Source: a virus
Length of the DNA stretch: 64,000 nucleotides
Direction: 5' to 3' (one strand)
IMG/VR virus record: IMGVR_UViG_3300046318_000520
Location: 63,704-127,703 of that record
Of the stretch, positions 10,303-20,574 are shown piece by piece (position 1 is the first letter of the stretch; each line of letters begins with the position of its first letter). The notes below the pieces were generated by a model. The model searched no databases. It saw only the letters and a list, made by a program, of their open reading frames with translations, and had not been told where the DNA came from. The translations under genes and the position numbers were made by a program.

Positions 10303-11376
10303 TTATAATTCTGAGCCCACATCTGCTGAAGGGCTTGTTTCAGTTTTTTTTCTCTGGCTACGGGGTATATAATCACTGGTACCACCTGGGTTATCTGCAC
10401 TAGGTGGTATGATTTCCATCATTCTCTGACGATTAAACTCTGCTTCAAAGAAAAGTATAGGGTCATTGTTACTGGCATTACGTACTTTAAGCAAGTGCAT
10501 AAAGATGTGGTTCTCGTCACAATGAAACTTTTGCGGACCGTAACACCGGATGTCTGCTTTTGCAGGACGGTTTAGTACCACCAGCATATCAGATCCCTGC
10601 ATCAGGGCGTCACCGCCAAAAATGTCAGATGATGTAGGATAGTTAGCAATAGATCCTGGTGTTTTACGGGCAGCTTCGTCAATGGTACGGTTGAGCTGAG
10701 AAAGCATAATCACTATGATAGGCAGCTCATTTTTTATTTTCATGAGCATTTCTACTGTATTATACAGCGTGGTGATTTTTTCTTTTTCAGACGGGTTCTT
10801 TTTAACCAGCCAGGAGTGATCTATAGTTACAATCAATGGATTACCGCTTGGTTTACCATCTTTACCAGGAAGCGTATTATAAAAATGATGTATGGCATCA
10901 TATATTTCCTGGTGAGTCATTGGCGTACCTAAAAACAACCTATGTATTCCTTTAGCGTACATAGCTTTTGTTTCTTGCCTATATCTTTCCAGCATCTGCA
11001 TGCTCCATTCATCAAGCTGTTGATGACTGCTTAACACTACATTATAATCCTTGGCAATCTGGGCAGCAAAGTCACGTGTGCCGTATTGCTTAGTGCCCAT
11101 TTCAAACTGGAATTCCAGCAGGTTAAAAGGCATGTTTGGATTACGGGTGTGTGATTCCCTAAGCAGTTGAGAAGCCACCATTGTTTTACCTGAGCCCGGA
11201 CGGGCAGCAATAGTCAATATGGTTCCCCATTCCAATCCGTTGATACCGGCATTGTTAAGTCCAGCCCACGGTGTTTTAAAGGAAGTAATTCTTCCTGTTC
11301 TACGGTCCTGTATATACTTTAGTGAATCATCAAGAACTTCCAGGTAATTCTTGGCACCATAAAGAAGCTGGCTCAT
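10303..11376 (-). CDS. dnaB: DnaB-like replicative helicase
   Basis: AARPGSGKT, FQFEM, IDH, LSQLNR, LLKVRN. Confidence 0.9.
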   Translation of the reverse strand: MSQLLYGAKNYLEVLDDSLKYIQDRRTGRITSFKTPWAGLNNAGINGLEWGTILTIAARPGSGKTMVASQLLRESHTRNPNMPFNLLEFQFEMGTKQYGTRDFAAQIAKDYNVVLSSHQQLDEWSMQMLERYRQETKAMYAKGIHRLFLGTPMTHQEIYDAIHHFYNTLPGKDGKPSGNPLIVTIDHSWLVKKNPSEKEKITTLYNTVEMLMKIKNELPIIVIMLSQLNRTIDEAARKTPGSIANYPTSSDIFGGDALMQGSDMLVVLNRPAKADIRCYGPQKFHCDENHIFMHLLKVRNASNNDPILFFEAEFNRQRMMEIIPPSADNPGGTSDYIPRSQRKKTETSPSADVGSEL

Positions 11377-11576
11377 ACTCCTGCAGTTTGTAGGCCTTTA
11401 CCTACGGCTTCCATAAGTTTATCCATGCCTTGATCAAGACCGTCAATAAAAGATTTACGCTCTGTTATTAATATAGCAGTATGAAAAGCATCAAATGATA
11501 TACCTCTTAGAGTGCTTATACCATCAAGAGCCACTGTGCTTTTGTTAAATAGTTCCTGGATTTCTTCTGTTGTCAT
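11373..11576 (-). CDS. hypothetical protein
   Basis: ATGA-type overlaps with both neighbours. Confidence 0.6.
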   Translation of the reverse strand: MTTEEIQELFNKSTVALDGISTLRGISFDAFHTAILITERKSFIDGLDQGMDKLMEAVGKGLQTAGV

Positions 11577-11755
11577 TGTTTGCTGATTTTATTAAAAATG
11601 AATTGATATAGTTTATAGGATACAAGAATGACTATTTCTATAGCCACATACTGCCAGAAGTTCATGCTAACAATAAGGTTATCTACAAAAACCCAGTTTA
11701 ACAGTGTAAAAACAATAGACAGAAAGAAACCATGTAGTGTTTTTTCATAATCCAT
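11573..11755 (-). CDS. small membrane protein (2 TM)
   Basis: Two hydrophobic segments. Confidence 0.6.
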   Translation of the reverse strand: MDYEKTLHGFFLSIVFTLLNWVFVDNLIVSMNFWQYVAIEIVILVSYKLYQFIFNKISKQ

Positions 11756-11764
11756 GATATAGTT

Positions 11765-12349
11765 TTATTTAGGAATTTGCTGAAGCAGTGACCTGTCTTC
11801 TCTGATCATCTCACAGTAGTCTGCCAGTTTAGATATAACTACTTTGTTAAGATCACTTTTCTTAATAAAATAACTGCTTGTCATCATGTACTCAAAGTTC
11901 TCCCTGCTCTTGCAATAGACATAGTAGTCAGTGGCTTCTAATATAAGTTCCCATCCATACTCAGGGTAGTTCTTAAAGAACCATACAAAATTGTCCTTGA
12001 GTGTTTTGGTGTTCTGCCGGGCAAGTTCATTGTGTGGAGGTATTCTTTTACTGGGAAATATTTCCCTGTATTCTTTTACTTTGTCCAGGAAATCTTCTCC
12101 CAGCACTTCTGCATCTACTTTTTTTTTGGTTTTAACTAGTCTTGTTTCAAATTCATTGAGAACGGCTATACCTTTTTCTGTCAGTTTGTTGTCTGTAGTA
12201 AGCAAACCCTTTGCCTGACATATAAGGGCTTCTGCTTTTTCATTAATCACATTACCTGGTGATATTTTAGAATAGTAACAGCTGATCAGGTACATTTGAT
12301 TGGGGCTGATACTGTAGGTTCTGCACGGGTTCCATAGTTGATGACTCAT
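11765..12349 (-). CDS. hypothetical protein (possible replication initiation factor)
   Basis: Between the DnaA-domain gene and DnaB; function inferred from position only. Confidence 0.55.
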   Translation of the reverse strand: MSHQLWNPCRTYSISPNQMYLISCYYSKISPGNVINEKAEALICQAKGLLTTDNKLTEKGIAVLNEFETRLVKTKKKVDAEVLGEDFLDKVKEYREIFPSKRIPPHNELARQNTKTLKDNFVWFFKNYPEYGWELILEATDYYVYCKSRENFEYMMTSSYFIKKSDLNKVVISKLADYCEMIREDRSLLQQIPK

Positions 12350-12803
12350 CGGCTGTTAGATTTTGTGATTGATCCTGGTGTTTTTTAATGTGGTTTATAA
12401 TGTTCAGATACTTTTCTCTGAACACAGGGTCTGTTTCTATCAGATTATGAAATAGCTTAAGAGCATTCATAACCGTAGTGTGATCTCTCTTGCCAAGAAT
12501 ATCACCAATAGAGGTGAGTGTATACTTCATTTGCTTGGCTATATAGCAGAAAATAAATCTCAGCTCAGTGATTTCCCGGTATCTGTGTTTGCAATCCAGG
12601 TTAAGCTTCATATCATGTCGGTAGGGGAGAAAGGGTGCAAAAAGATCTTTAAGTTCATCAAGAGAAAGAAGCATCAACTCTGCTGTATCTACAGAGAATT
12701 TTGGAAGAACGGTGGGGAAATAACCCAGTTTGTCATAAAAAGTCACTCTGAACTCTTCAATCATTTTTTTCTCCAGTCTGGCGGCATACTCTGTTGGGTT
12801 CAT
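12267..12803 (-). CDS. protein with DnaA C-terminal (domain IV) HTH
   Basis: LRFIFCYIAK...LTSIGDILGKRDHTTVMNALK matches the DnaA signature IG..FGGRDHTTV. Confidence 0.8.
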   Translation of the reverse strand: MNPTEYAARLEKKMIEEFRVTFYDKLGYFPTVLPKFSVDTAELMLLSLDELKDLFAPFLPYRHDMKLNLDCKHRYREITELRFIFCYIAKQMKYTLTSIGDILGKRDHTTVMNALKLFHNLIETDPVFREKYLNIINHIKKHQDQSQNLTADESSTMEPVQNLQYQPQSNVPDQLLLF

Positions 12804-12871
12804 ATTTTAAAAGTTGGGTTTACAAATGTAGAACAAATGTAGAATTAATCTACAGAAATCCTAAAAAATTC

Positions 12872-12888
12872 GTATATTATATTGTAGA
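12872..12888 (+). promoter_or_regulatory. putative phage late promoter motif GTATATTATATTGTAGA
   Basis: Heads the lysis cassette; recurs at 41297, 42663, 55138, 62588 and 22335(-). Confidence 0.6.
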
Positions 12889-12939
12889 TAGCGGCTAACC
12901 TCTACACTCTCTAAGTTTATATATATAAATATTTCTACT

Positions 12940-13194
12940 ATGGCTAATTTTTATGCCCAAAAAGACGGTAATGGTTATCCCATTCCAGGTACTATGATGA
13001 GCGTGGATGGCTCTGTTCCTGCAGTGAACAACATCATAGCAATCCCTGCCTCAGATGTTTCTTCTACAAAGACCCATCCAATAGGTCTGCGCTATTTTGT
13101 ACGTAAAGATGCAGTGGGTAACATTATACCCAACTCATTGATTATCAGCTTTGAAAAGCCTTCAGGATCTGTTTACGAGTTCAAAAAAGCCTAA
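12940..13194 (+). CDS. hypothetical late protein
   Basis: Internal repeat YAQKDGNGYPIPGT / FVRKDAVGNIIPNS. Confidence 0.7.
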   Translation: MANFYAQKDGNGYPIPGTMMSVDGSVPAVNNIIAIPASDVSSTKTHPIGLRYFVRKDAVGNIIPNSLIISFEKPSGSVYEFKKA

Positions 13195-13203
13195 CCCCTA
13201 ACA

Positions 13204-13527
13204 ATGGCCACTACATCTACCATGGATAAAATAAAAGTCTGGGCATTTCCTGGAATGATGAGCGTCCTAGCAGCTATTATATGGCAGGATGTCCAGGAAA
13301 TTAAAAGTGACACTAAGGCACTTTTAGCTCAGTCTATGATTGATAAAACAAGAATAGATAACCTTGAAAGAGAAGTGTTTGGTAAGACTAATACTGGACT
13401 AGAGTTTCCTGTAAAAGCACCACAGGATATGCCAAGGCCTGTCCTTAGTGACTTTGTAGCAACCAAACCGGAAGAACAGTATTTCAATGAGAAAAAGGAA
13501 TCAGATAATAAACCAAAAATCCTATGA
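13204..13527 (+). CDS. membrane-anchored protein (lysis cassette)
   Basis: N-terminal TM followed by coiled coil. Confidence 0.6.
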   Translation: MATTSTMDKIKVWAFPGMMSVLAAIIWQDVQEIKSDTKALLAQSMIDKTRIDNLEREVFGKTNTGLEFPVKAPQDMPRPVLSDFVATKPEEQYFNEKKESDNKPKIL

Positions 13528-14144
13528 AATCTTCATCATGGCTGACCATTATTGTTATTCTGGTAGTCATAATCCTTTTGCAAAGACTTGATTGTAATGT
13601 CGGTCCAGGTACAGAGGCACCTAAAAACGATACAACAGTAGTCAGGGATACCATCTGGCAGCATTATGACACTACGGTAAAAAAGTCTACAGTGGTCATC
13701 AAGACTATTCATGACACTCTTCCGGTCAAATACTACCCGCATCCCATGTATGACAGTCTTAAGGTGCAGTATCAAGAACTGGCTAAAGATTTTTTAGCCA
13801 GGAGAATATATGCAGACACACTTAAAATTCCCCAGATCAAAGGACTATTCATAGTCAACGACACTGTAAAGAATAATAGACTAATAAGTAGCAGCTGGAG
13901 TGCTGACTACATTATTCCCAAGGTCACTGAAACAATTACTATCACAAAATATCCTAAACCTGAACGCCAGTTTTATGTAGGTGGCGGGTTGTCTGCTAAT
14001 ATGACAAGCCTTGGTATGGCTCAGGCAGGGATACTTTACAAGGATCGTAAAGACAAGATCTTCGGTGCTTTTGTAGCTGCTGTACCTAATGGAAAGATTT
14101 CCTATGGTGTGCAGTCATATTGGAAAATCAGATTTAAAAAATGA
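13524..14144 (+). CDS. putative spanin-like membrane protein
   Basis: N-terminal TM, DT-rich repeats (RDTI, HDTL, NDTV), C-terminal beta-strands ending YWKI; next to holin and endolysin. Confidence 0.5.
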   Translation: MKSSSWLTIIVILVVIILLQRLDCNVGPGTEAPKNDTTVVRDTIWQHYDTTVKKSTVVIKTIHDTLPVKYYPHPMYDSLKVQYQELAKDFLARRIYADTLKIPQIKGLFIVNDTVKNNRLISSSWSADYIIPKVTETITITKYPKPERQFYVGGGLSANMTSLGMAQAGILYKDRKDKIFGAFVAAVPNGKISYGVQSYWKIRFKK

Positions 14145-14422
14145 AAAACATATTCAAATACATAGAACCTATATGGCTTGGAAACAAGGGAAAAGTGTCC
14201 ATTAGAAGGGTACTGGCTCTTGCTTTCACTATAGATTTTATACGAAATACTTCCCATGCCATCCATAAATGGGACGTAGCCAAGTCATACTCTGACGTGG
14301 CCATGTTACTTGGCATAGAAGCCGGACTTATTGCAGCTCTACTGTCTTTGACTACATATACCAGTGTTGTTAATGACAAACTGAACAACAGTAGTTCAGA
14401 ACCAGTTCCCCCAGTGGAATAA
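14141..14422 (+). CDS. putative holin
   Basis: Small hydrophobic protein with GKVSIRR motif directly upstream of the endolysin. Confidence 0.6.
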   Translation: MKNIFKYIEPIWLGNKGKVSIRRVLALAFTIDFIRNTSHAIHKWDVAKSYSDVAMLLGIEAGLIAALLSLTTYTSVVNDKLNNSSSEPVPPVE

Positions 14423-14440
14423 TAATCAACTCCATATCCT

Positions 14441-14968
14441 ATGAAATTACCTAAAGCCTATCAGTGGCTTGCATCTGAAGATGCACCACGTCATCTACTT
14501 AAAGCCATAGAACTATTTGGAACTGCTGAGACCGTTGGGTCTAAGCATAACCCTGTGATCATAGGCTGGGCCAAAGAACTTAGCCTGGATAAAGTGTATG
14601 TCACAGATGAAATACCCTGGTGCGGGCTCTTTGCGGGAATTATTATGCACAGGGCCGGACGTCCCGTAGTAAATAGCCCGTTGTGGGCACTCTCATGGAA
14701 CAAGTTTGGCGTAGGTGTGACCGAGCCTATGCTGGGTGATATTGTCACGTTTAAGCGTGACGGAGGCGGTCATGTCGGTATATACGTTGGTGAAGATGCT
14801 ACAGCATATCACGTACTGGGTGGCAATCAAGGAAACCAGGTGTCAGTGACTCGTATTGCTAAATCAAGATTATCAGCTGCCAGAAGACCTGAGTACAACA
14901 GTAAGCCTGTAAACGTACGTAAGGTGATGTTAGCCAGTAATGGTGTGCTCTCAACTAATGAAGCATGA
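14441..14968 (+). CDS. endolysin, NlpC/P60-CHAP fold (TIGR02594-like)
   Basis: DEIPWCGLF...GDIVTF..GGGHVG...LGGNQ. Confidence 0.85.
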   Translation: MKLPKAYQWLASEDAPRHLLKAIELFGTAETVGSKHNPVIIGWAKELSLDKVYVTDEIPWCGLFAGIIMHRAGRPVVNSPLWALSWNKFGVGVTEPMLGDIVTFKRDGGGHVGIYVGEDATAYHVLGGNQGNQVSVTRIAKSRLSAARRPEYNSKPVNVRKVMLASNGVLSTNEA

Positions 14969-15336
14969 TACTACTAAAAGTCATATTTGTTGTACTATAT
15001 TCTTTTCTGAATATACTACTGGCTAATCATGATGCCTTAAAAATATCAAGACATCAGAAAATAGAACATGGTACCAATGCACTTGTTTACCTGGCTCTGA
15101 TTCTACCGGCAGGATACCTGACTAACAGCTGGATATTTCTGATTGGACTGCTGGCTTTGAGAAGAATAGTTTTTGACACAGCTCTTAATCTTATTAGAGG
15201 ACTAAAGTTTAACTATATTTCTAAAACTACTACGTCTATCATAGACAGACTGTCTTATAACATTCAAGACAAGTTTGGCTACATACCTTATTATGGCGTG
15301 TTTGCCATAATACTAATCATCTCAATCTTTTTATAA
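14965..15336 (+). CDS. membrane protein
   Basis: Several hydrophobic segments. Confidence 0.65.
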   Translation: MILLKVIFVVLYSFLNILLANHDALKISRHQKIEHGTNALVYLALILPAGYLTNSWIFLIGLLALRRIVFDTALNLIRGLKFNYISKTTTSIIDRLSYNIQDKFGYIPYYGVFAIILIISIFL

Positions 15337-15464
15337 TGGCAAAAGGTAAAGGCGGTGGAGAAAGCCGCAAGATCAACTTTGGTAAAAGACGCAAGGGTAA
15401 AGCCCTTAAGCGCAAGGGACCAAAGGACAAGTCAACATCTGTCTACAGAGGACAGGGAAAGTAA
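15336..15464 (+). CDS. small basic protein (42 aa, absent from ORF track)
   Basis: MAKGKGGGESRKINFGKRRKGKALKRKGPKDKSTSVYRGQGK; TAATG-coupled and followed by a terminator. Confidence 0.7.
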   Translation: MAKGKGGGESRKINFGKRRKGKALKRKGPKDKSTSVYRGQGK

Positions 15465-15492
15465 AAGACCGGTTGTTAGCCGGTCTTTTTTT
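15463..15492. terminator. bidirectional terminator
   Basis: AAAAGACCGG-loop-CCGGTCTTTT between convergent genes. Confidence 0.8.
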
Positions 15493-15832
15493 ATTTAATC
15501 CTCCATACACGCCTGGTGCCATCCAGTAGTTTTCTGGTTGTCACCATAAATCCTGTCTTTACTTCTTTTGCAAACTGTTTACAAGCATAGTGAACACCAT
15601 TTGGATTTCTACTCAACGGATCTGATGTTGGTATTAAAAAGCTGTCACCAACTTTCATCATATCAAAAGGAAAGTGATTGTTAAATTCACGCCTTCTACC
15701 CATGATTGTAATACCAGATTCAACATTGTAGGTGTAAACTTTTGGAGCTTCACCTGGTTTTGTTCTTGTAATAGTTGCTGTCACCTGTTTTGCAACAGGT
15801 TTTGGGACAGGTTTTGTTTTACTGGTTGCCAT
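15491..15832 (-). CDS. hypothetical (putative DNA-binding) protein
   Basis: FPFDMMKVGDSFLIP...RVWR motif common in phage proteins. Confidence 0.65.
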   Translation of the reverse strand: MATSKTKPVPKPVAKQVTATITRTKPGEAPKVYTYNVESGITIMGRRREFNNHFPFDMMKVGDSFLIPTSDPLSRNPNGVHYACKQFAKEVKTGFMVTTRKLLDGTRRVWRIK

Positions 15833-15923
15833 AATTAAAATTTTTATGTCCCCAAAGTAAGATTTAATTCATACTTTACTAAGATATAATTCAGATTTTA
15901 GTTATTTAGTTACCAAATGGTAA

Positions 15924-17438
15924 CTATACTGTTAAACCTTTGTTATTAACTCTATGTACTTTTATGCCATCAAATACGACAACTTGTGCATTGTCTGAGT
16001 ATTTTTCTATGACATTACTATTAAAAGAATCAAACCTTGCTCCTTTGATACCAATGAAAAAAGCTTTACTGGAGTAAATACTACATCTATCTTCTGCATC
16101 TGTAATAATAATAGCATTGTTATTATTTCTTTCAACACTCATAACAGCAGCATCAATAGTTGTACCACCGCCACAGTCAATCATTGATATAGACACCAGA
16201 TCATTTTGATATTTCTTGACGCGGGTGTCAAACAAATAAACATCATTGAGCATATCCATCTCAAGCAGTTTAGCTGTAAATGATTTACAAAAATCCAACT
16301 TAGAAATATACTGACCACCTTGTCTGTCTACACCAGAGTCTGAACTCATAGAACCAGATACGTCAATATAAACATCAATCTTACCGATATACTTAACATC
16401 TTTGATCTGTACATCTTCTGCCATGATTTTACGCAGTGCAGGATGCAGAAATACAAAGTCATCAAGACCAGCCAGATTATCTGAGTTGAACAGATCCTCA
16501 TACTTTACAACTTCACGAGAGGAAAAGTAAGAAGTTGATTTATCCAGCAGCTTTTTGATCTTGTCTTTCAAAGATCCCATAGACATGTTGATCTTCTGTA
16601 GCTTCTCTGCAATCTGTCTCATATAATCAGGAGACAGTTTACCTGCTATGTCACCACCGCTTTTATTGGCTTCATCAAACATCTTCTGCTGAATGTCATC
16701 AGAAAGATTATCATCCATGTTTTGACACATCTGTTGGGCTTCTTCCATAGCTTTTTCAAGCTGGTCCTTGCTCATCTTATTGTCAAACATTTTATTAACA
16801 GCATCATCCAGATCCTTCTGATCAAATTCAGATCCTTTGCCATTCATGGCATTCTGAATCTTTTCAGCTGTTTCAGGATCTGTATACTCCATGGCAGCCA
16901 TTTGCATCATATAATACATCATGATACTGCGGGTAAACATACTGGACTTTAAAGATGATGATTCTGTCATGATCTTTCCCACCGGGTTATTGGCTTTCTC
17001 TAAAAACTTAAACTTGGTATGCGTTTTATCAGTGCGTTCTTCAAATTCAAGGTTTTCCATACGGTTATAGTACATCTTGAATATATCACGCATCATGTGT
17101 TTTGGAAACTTATTATACTTTTCTACAACCTTTTTGCTAAACGCTGCAAAGTCAGGCTTTTTAGCATCATCCAGCTTCTTAAACTGGGAATGAGCAGAGA
17201 ACTTTGCATAGTAGTCCTTTACTGTTTTAGAACCGGCGTTGGTTATATACGTATCTACAATGTTTTCCAGTCTTCTCTCATCCAAATAGTGCAAATGAGG
17301 ACTGATCAGATCAGGCTTTTTGTAAAAATCCATTTTACCAAAAAGACCATCTTTGGTTTTATAATGTCCATCCATCTCACCTTTCTTGACTTTCTCAAGA
17401 ATGGTATATACGTTTTTATACTGTTTTCCACTTGCCAT
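15924..17438 (-). CDS. VWA (MIDAS) domain protein, ViaA-like
   Basis: DVSGSMS, GGGT, IITD. Confidence 0.8.
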   Translation of the reverse strand: MASGKQYKNVYTILEKVKKGEMDGHYKTKDGLFGKMDFYKKPDLISPHLHYLDERRLENIVDTYITNAGSKTVKDYYAKFSAHSQFKKLDDAKKPDFAAFSKKVVEKYNKFPKHMMRDIFKMYYNRMENLEFEERTDKTHTKFKFLEKANNPVGKIMTESSSLKSSMFTRSIMMYYMMQMAAMEYTDPETAEKIQNAMNGKGSEFDQKDLDDAVNKMFDNKMSKDQLEKAMEEAQQMCQNMDDNLSDDIQQKMFDEANKSGGDIAGKLSPDYMRQIAEKLQKINMSMGSLKDKIKKLLDKSTSYFSSREVVKYEDLFNSDNLAGLDDFVFLHPALRKIMAEDVQIKDVKYIGKIDVYIDVSGSMSSDSGVDRQGGQYISKLDFCKSFTAKLLEMDMLNDVYLFDTRVKKYQNDLVSISMIDCGGGTTIDAAVMSVERNNNNAIIITDAEDRCSIYSSKAFFIGIKGARFDSFNSNVIEKYSDNAQVVVFDGIKVHRVNNKGLTV

Positions 17439-17525
17439 ATTAGAATTATTTTAACAGATCACTAAGTTCCTGAATGGTAGCCGGTTTAAAGACCGGCGTA
17501 CCATCAGGATTAAAGTGATCTAATC

Positions 17526-18665
17526 TTAAAAAGGGTTACTAGCACTTCTTTCTTCTACAGGCATTTCTTCCATCATCTGGTCAAAATCATCGGAAGACTG
17601 ATAGTCTTGACGTGCCGGGTGATTAGCCAGGATATACTGCATGGAGAGTTCTATCTCACCAACTTGTCCTTCATCCATGATACCACGGGAAGTGTAAGTA
17701 TTAATAAGACTTTCTACTTCAGCAATAGCCAGCTCAAGTTGTTCATTGGTAGTGTAGCTGTGCAGCATCTCCACCTTAGACATTACTGCCTTAACTTCTG
17801 GACTCATCAGTTTGTTCTGCAGTTCAGAACCCGCTGACTGAGAAATCATGATCTGGGCAGTCTTTACCAGGGCTTTGTCTACACTGATGTCCCATATGTA
17901 CGAAACAGCTTTGGTAAGCGTTGGTACAAAAGTTAGTGTACGGTCAGAACTGTGCTGGTAACCTACTTCCAGGTATTTCTCCAGTTTGGTCACAGGTACT
18001 TCTACCATGTCCAGTTCTGCTCTGTTTGGTACACCAATCTTAAATGATTCTTTGTAATTACGGGCACCCTTGTTAAAATATTTGACAAGCTCACCTGCAG
18101 ATACGCGGTTTACAGTCATCTTTAACATAAAACGGTCCCAGAACGGAGAATCAGACTCTTCTTTAGGAATCTCATTACAAGTAGCTACGAATAACTTCCA
18201 CTTACAAGGGATCTTGTGCTTACCGTTAAAAAGAAACTTCTCGTTCATAACACCTAGCATGGCATTACGGATACCGGCTGATGCTTTATCTACCTCGTTA
18301 ATAATAACAATCTCTGCTTCTGCAATAGGAGCTGCCACTTCATACCTGTTTTCTGTAAACAGTTTACCAAGATCTGGCATACCCTTGACTTCTGAAGCCT
18401 TGGTACCCTCGTCAGTCTCCAGGATGTAGATCTTGTTGGCAAAATCCTGGGCGGTCATCTTACCGTCTTTGTTTAGCCAGGCTTTAGCATATTCTATAAT
18501 GGTCTTAGTTTTAGCTACACCAGGTTCACCTACGAGCAAACAAGGCAGACCGGTTGATTCTGCCAGGGCCAGCATTTTGAATACTTCTTCTTTGTTGATC
18601 AAAGATGTATCAATTGTTCTTATTTCCTGTGTTGTCTTTTTAGTTATAGATTTAATTTTTGACAT
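17526..18665 (-). CDS. MoxR/RavA-like AAA+ ATPase (likely start 18665)
   Basis: GEPGVAKT, INEVDKA, ATCN, WDRF; the longer upstream extension overlaps another gene. Confidence 0.85.
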   Translation of the reverse strand: MSKIKSITKKTTQEIRTIDTSLINKEEVFKMLALAESTGLPCLLVGEPGVAKTKTIIEYAKAWLNKDGKMTAQDFANKIYILETDEGTKASEVKGMPDLGKLFTENRYEVAAPIAEAEIVIINEVDKASAGIRNAMLGVMNEKFLFNGKHKIPCKWKLFVATCNEIPKEESDSPFWDRFMLKMTVNRVSAGELVKYFNKGARNYKESFKIGVPNRAELDMVEVPVTKLEKYLEVGYQHSSDRTLTFVPTLTKAVSYIWDISVDKALVKTAQIMISQSAGSELQNKLMSPEVKAVMSKVEMLHSYTTNEQLELAIAEVESLINTYTSRGIMDEGQVGEIELSMQYILANHPARQDYQSSDDFDQMMEEMPVEERSASNPF

Positions 18666-18711
18666 TTTTGGCTTGTGATTAAGTGTTTGTGAAATGTTTG
18701 GTCTAATTAGG

Positions 18712-19137
18712 CTAGAGGTTTGCAAAGGCTGAAGCAGAGTCTGCGTCTGAGAACCCTGTTCCGCTATGTCCTGAAAGATTTTCTTCAACAGGGAAGTTAC
18801 TGACTGGTAATACCTGCTCTGCTCTGCTGGATTTGACTGGCTCAGATCTAAGTACGCGTTCCACAGTAGCCTCATGTCTTTGTTCAATATCTGATACGGG
18901 GGCTGAGATAGTGCTTGATCCATCTTTGGTGTCATCTATAATGTTAAATACAGTAATGTTTGTCTCAGCATTTTTAAGAGCAGGATGTTTACGGATCATA
19001 GTGATCTGCTGGTCTTTAGCATTATATTTGTCCTGGATACTACCATATCCAACATCATCACGCTTCATCCATGTAAGGCCATTGTCTAAATCTTCTAAGA
19101 TCTGTGATACGTACAGATCAACTTTGTTTACTGCCAT
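18712..19137 (-). CDS. hypothetical protein
   Basis: 141-aa ORF. Confidence 0.65.
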   Translation of the reverse strand: MAVNKVDLYVSQILEDLDNGLTWMKRDDVGYGSIQDKYNAKDQQITMIRKHPALKNAETNITVFNIIDDTKDGSSTISAPVSDIEQRHEATVERVLRSEPVKSSRAEQVLPVSNFPVEENLSGHSGTGFSDADSASAFANL

Positions 19138-19149
19138 AGTTTTGATTTT

Positions 19150-19866
19150 TTACCAGTTAATACAAAAATGTTTACCATTATTCTGTTGAATAATTTCATT
19201 GACCCTATTAAAAAGATCTCCGCTGTCCCACACTCCGCCACTATAAGCAGCAGATGCCGGATGAGAAGCTTTTAATATGTAATGATTATCTCCAATTATA
19301 CTTTCCAGTTCCTGGGCTTTCTTACCCAGCAAGCAGAAAATAAGGCCTGAGTTAGTCAGGCTTAGCATATCTATCAAATAGGCAATGAATTCTTGCCATA
19401 TATCATAATGAGAACCTATCTTGTCTATTTGACAAGTGAGTGCTGTGTTAATAAGAAGCACGCCCTGGTTTGCCCAGCGGGTCAGGTCAGGATCCTGGTC
19501 AAAGACACCGTCTTTGTAAACTGTTTTTTCTATCTCATCAAAGATTTTCTGCAAACTAGCCTGTGGTTTCATAGTCATACCGCAGCTAAAAGCCATGCCG
19601 TCAGCTACACCCAGGTAAGGATAAGGATCCTGTCCTATGATTACCACTTTAAGCTGGTTTACAGGAGATTCTTCAAAGGCTTTAAACACATGTTTAAGAG
19701 GCGGTGTAAATCTTTTACCATCTTCACGCAGCTGATACAGTGTCTCCAAAATCCTATCAAAGTCACTGGACATAATAAAAGACCTAAGTTTGACAGCCCA
19801 GCCAGAGGGCGTGAGTTTTTCTATCAGCTTGGTCTTAATTTCTTGAAGGTCTACAGTTTGTATCAC
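19150..19866 (-). CDS. ung: uracil-DNA glycosylase (family 1)
   Basis: VVIIGQDPYP, WANQGVLLIN, ASHPAS. Confidence 0.95.
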   Translation of the reverse strand: MIQTVDLQEIKTKLIEKLTPSGWAVKLRSFIMSSDFDRILETLYQLREDGKRFTPPLKHVFKAFEESPVNQLKVVIIGQDPYPYLGVADGMAFSCGMTMKPQASLQKIFDEIEKTVYKDGVFDQDPDLTRWANQGVLLINTALTCQIDKIGSHYDIWQEFIAYLIDMLSLTNSGLIFCLLGKKAQELESIIGDNHYILKASHPASAAYSGGVWDSGDLFNRVNEIIQQNNGKHFCINW

Positions 19867-19901
19867 AAAAGTTCTTTATTTTTGTTATTAAATTCTACAA
19901 T

Positions 19902-20189
19902 ATGGCTACCTATACAGGCATCAAAACAGAAAGCACTTTTCCAATTACAGTAGGAGGAGGGACCCTGGTCAATCTTCAGAAACTGTTATTATATATTCTT
20001 GCTGATAAAACAGAACAAGAAATCAATGAAGCTTTTGAAAAGATCCTGAAAAAACAGTTTGATGAAGAATGGATAGAACACTATGCTTTTCTTGCAGCTA
20101 TGATCAACGTCATAGAGAGTGCAGCCCGTGAAAAAGGACTCACTGTTGAAGAAAACCTAGATGAACAATCTAATAAACAAGAAAATTAA
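19902..20189 (+). CDS. hypothetical protein (lone plus-strand gene)
   Basis: 95-aa ORF filling the gap with no competing minus-strand ORF. Confidence 0.6.
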   Translation: MATYTGIKTESTFPITVGGGTLVNLQKLLLYILADKTEQEINEAFEKILKKQFDEEWIEHYAFLAAMINVIESAAREKGLTVEENLDEQSNKQEN

Positions 20190-20565
20190 CGTCCTCACCA
20201 ATCTCCATAGCAGCCTGAATAGCCAGGGAAAGTTCCTCACGGGAACATTCACCAAAGCTTTTAGCCAGGAAATACTCTTTTCCTGCCACTTGCCTGGCTA
20301 TACATAAGCCAGCACGGTCCTTTACCAGGATCTTCATGTTTTCTACTGTCTCTCCAATATGAATGGCCAGCTGACGTATGATTACGTGCAGTTTGGCCAG
20401 TTGTGGCAGAGTACCATCATCGTGTTGCACTTCATAGAAGCACTCCACTATACTACCTTCCGGTATGTGCGTGACATACATCTCCTCCTGTTTTGATACA
20501 GCAGCAGACAGAGGTCTTAACAAACCTTCTCTTTTAATAAACTTACCTGTGAAGTGATGTGTCAT
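20170..20565 (-). CDS. hypothetical protein
   Basis: 131-aa ORF. Confidence 0.65.
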   Translation of the reverse strand: MTHHFTGKFIKREGLLRPLSAAVSKQEEMYVTHIPEGSIVECFYEVQHDDGTLPQLAKLHVIIRQLAIHIGETVENMKILVKDRAGLCIARQVAGKEYFLAKSFGECSREELSLAIQAAMEIGEDVNFLVY

Positions 20566-20574
20566 ATTACTTTT

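Noticed and set aside
18666-18935. N-terminal extension of the AAA ATPase given in the track
   Set aside because: Overlaps gene 18712-19137 in another frame; ATG 18665 has a typical A-rich context.
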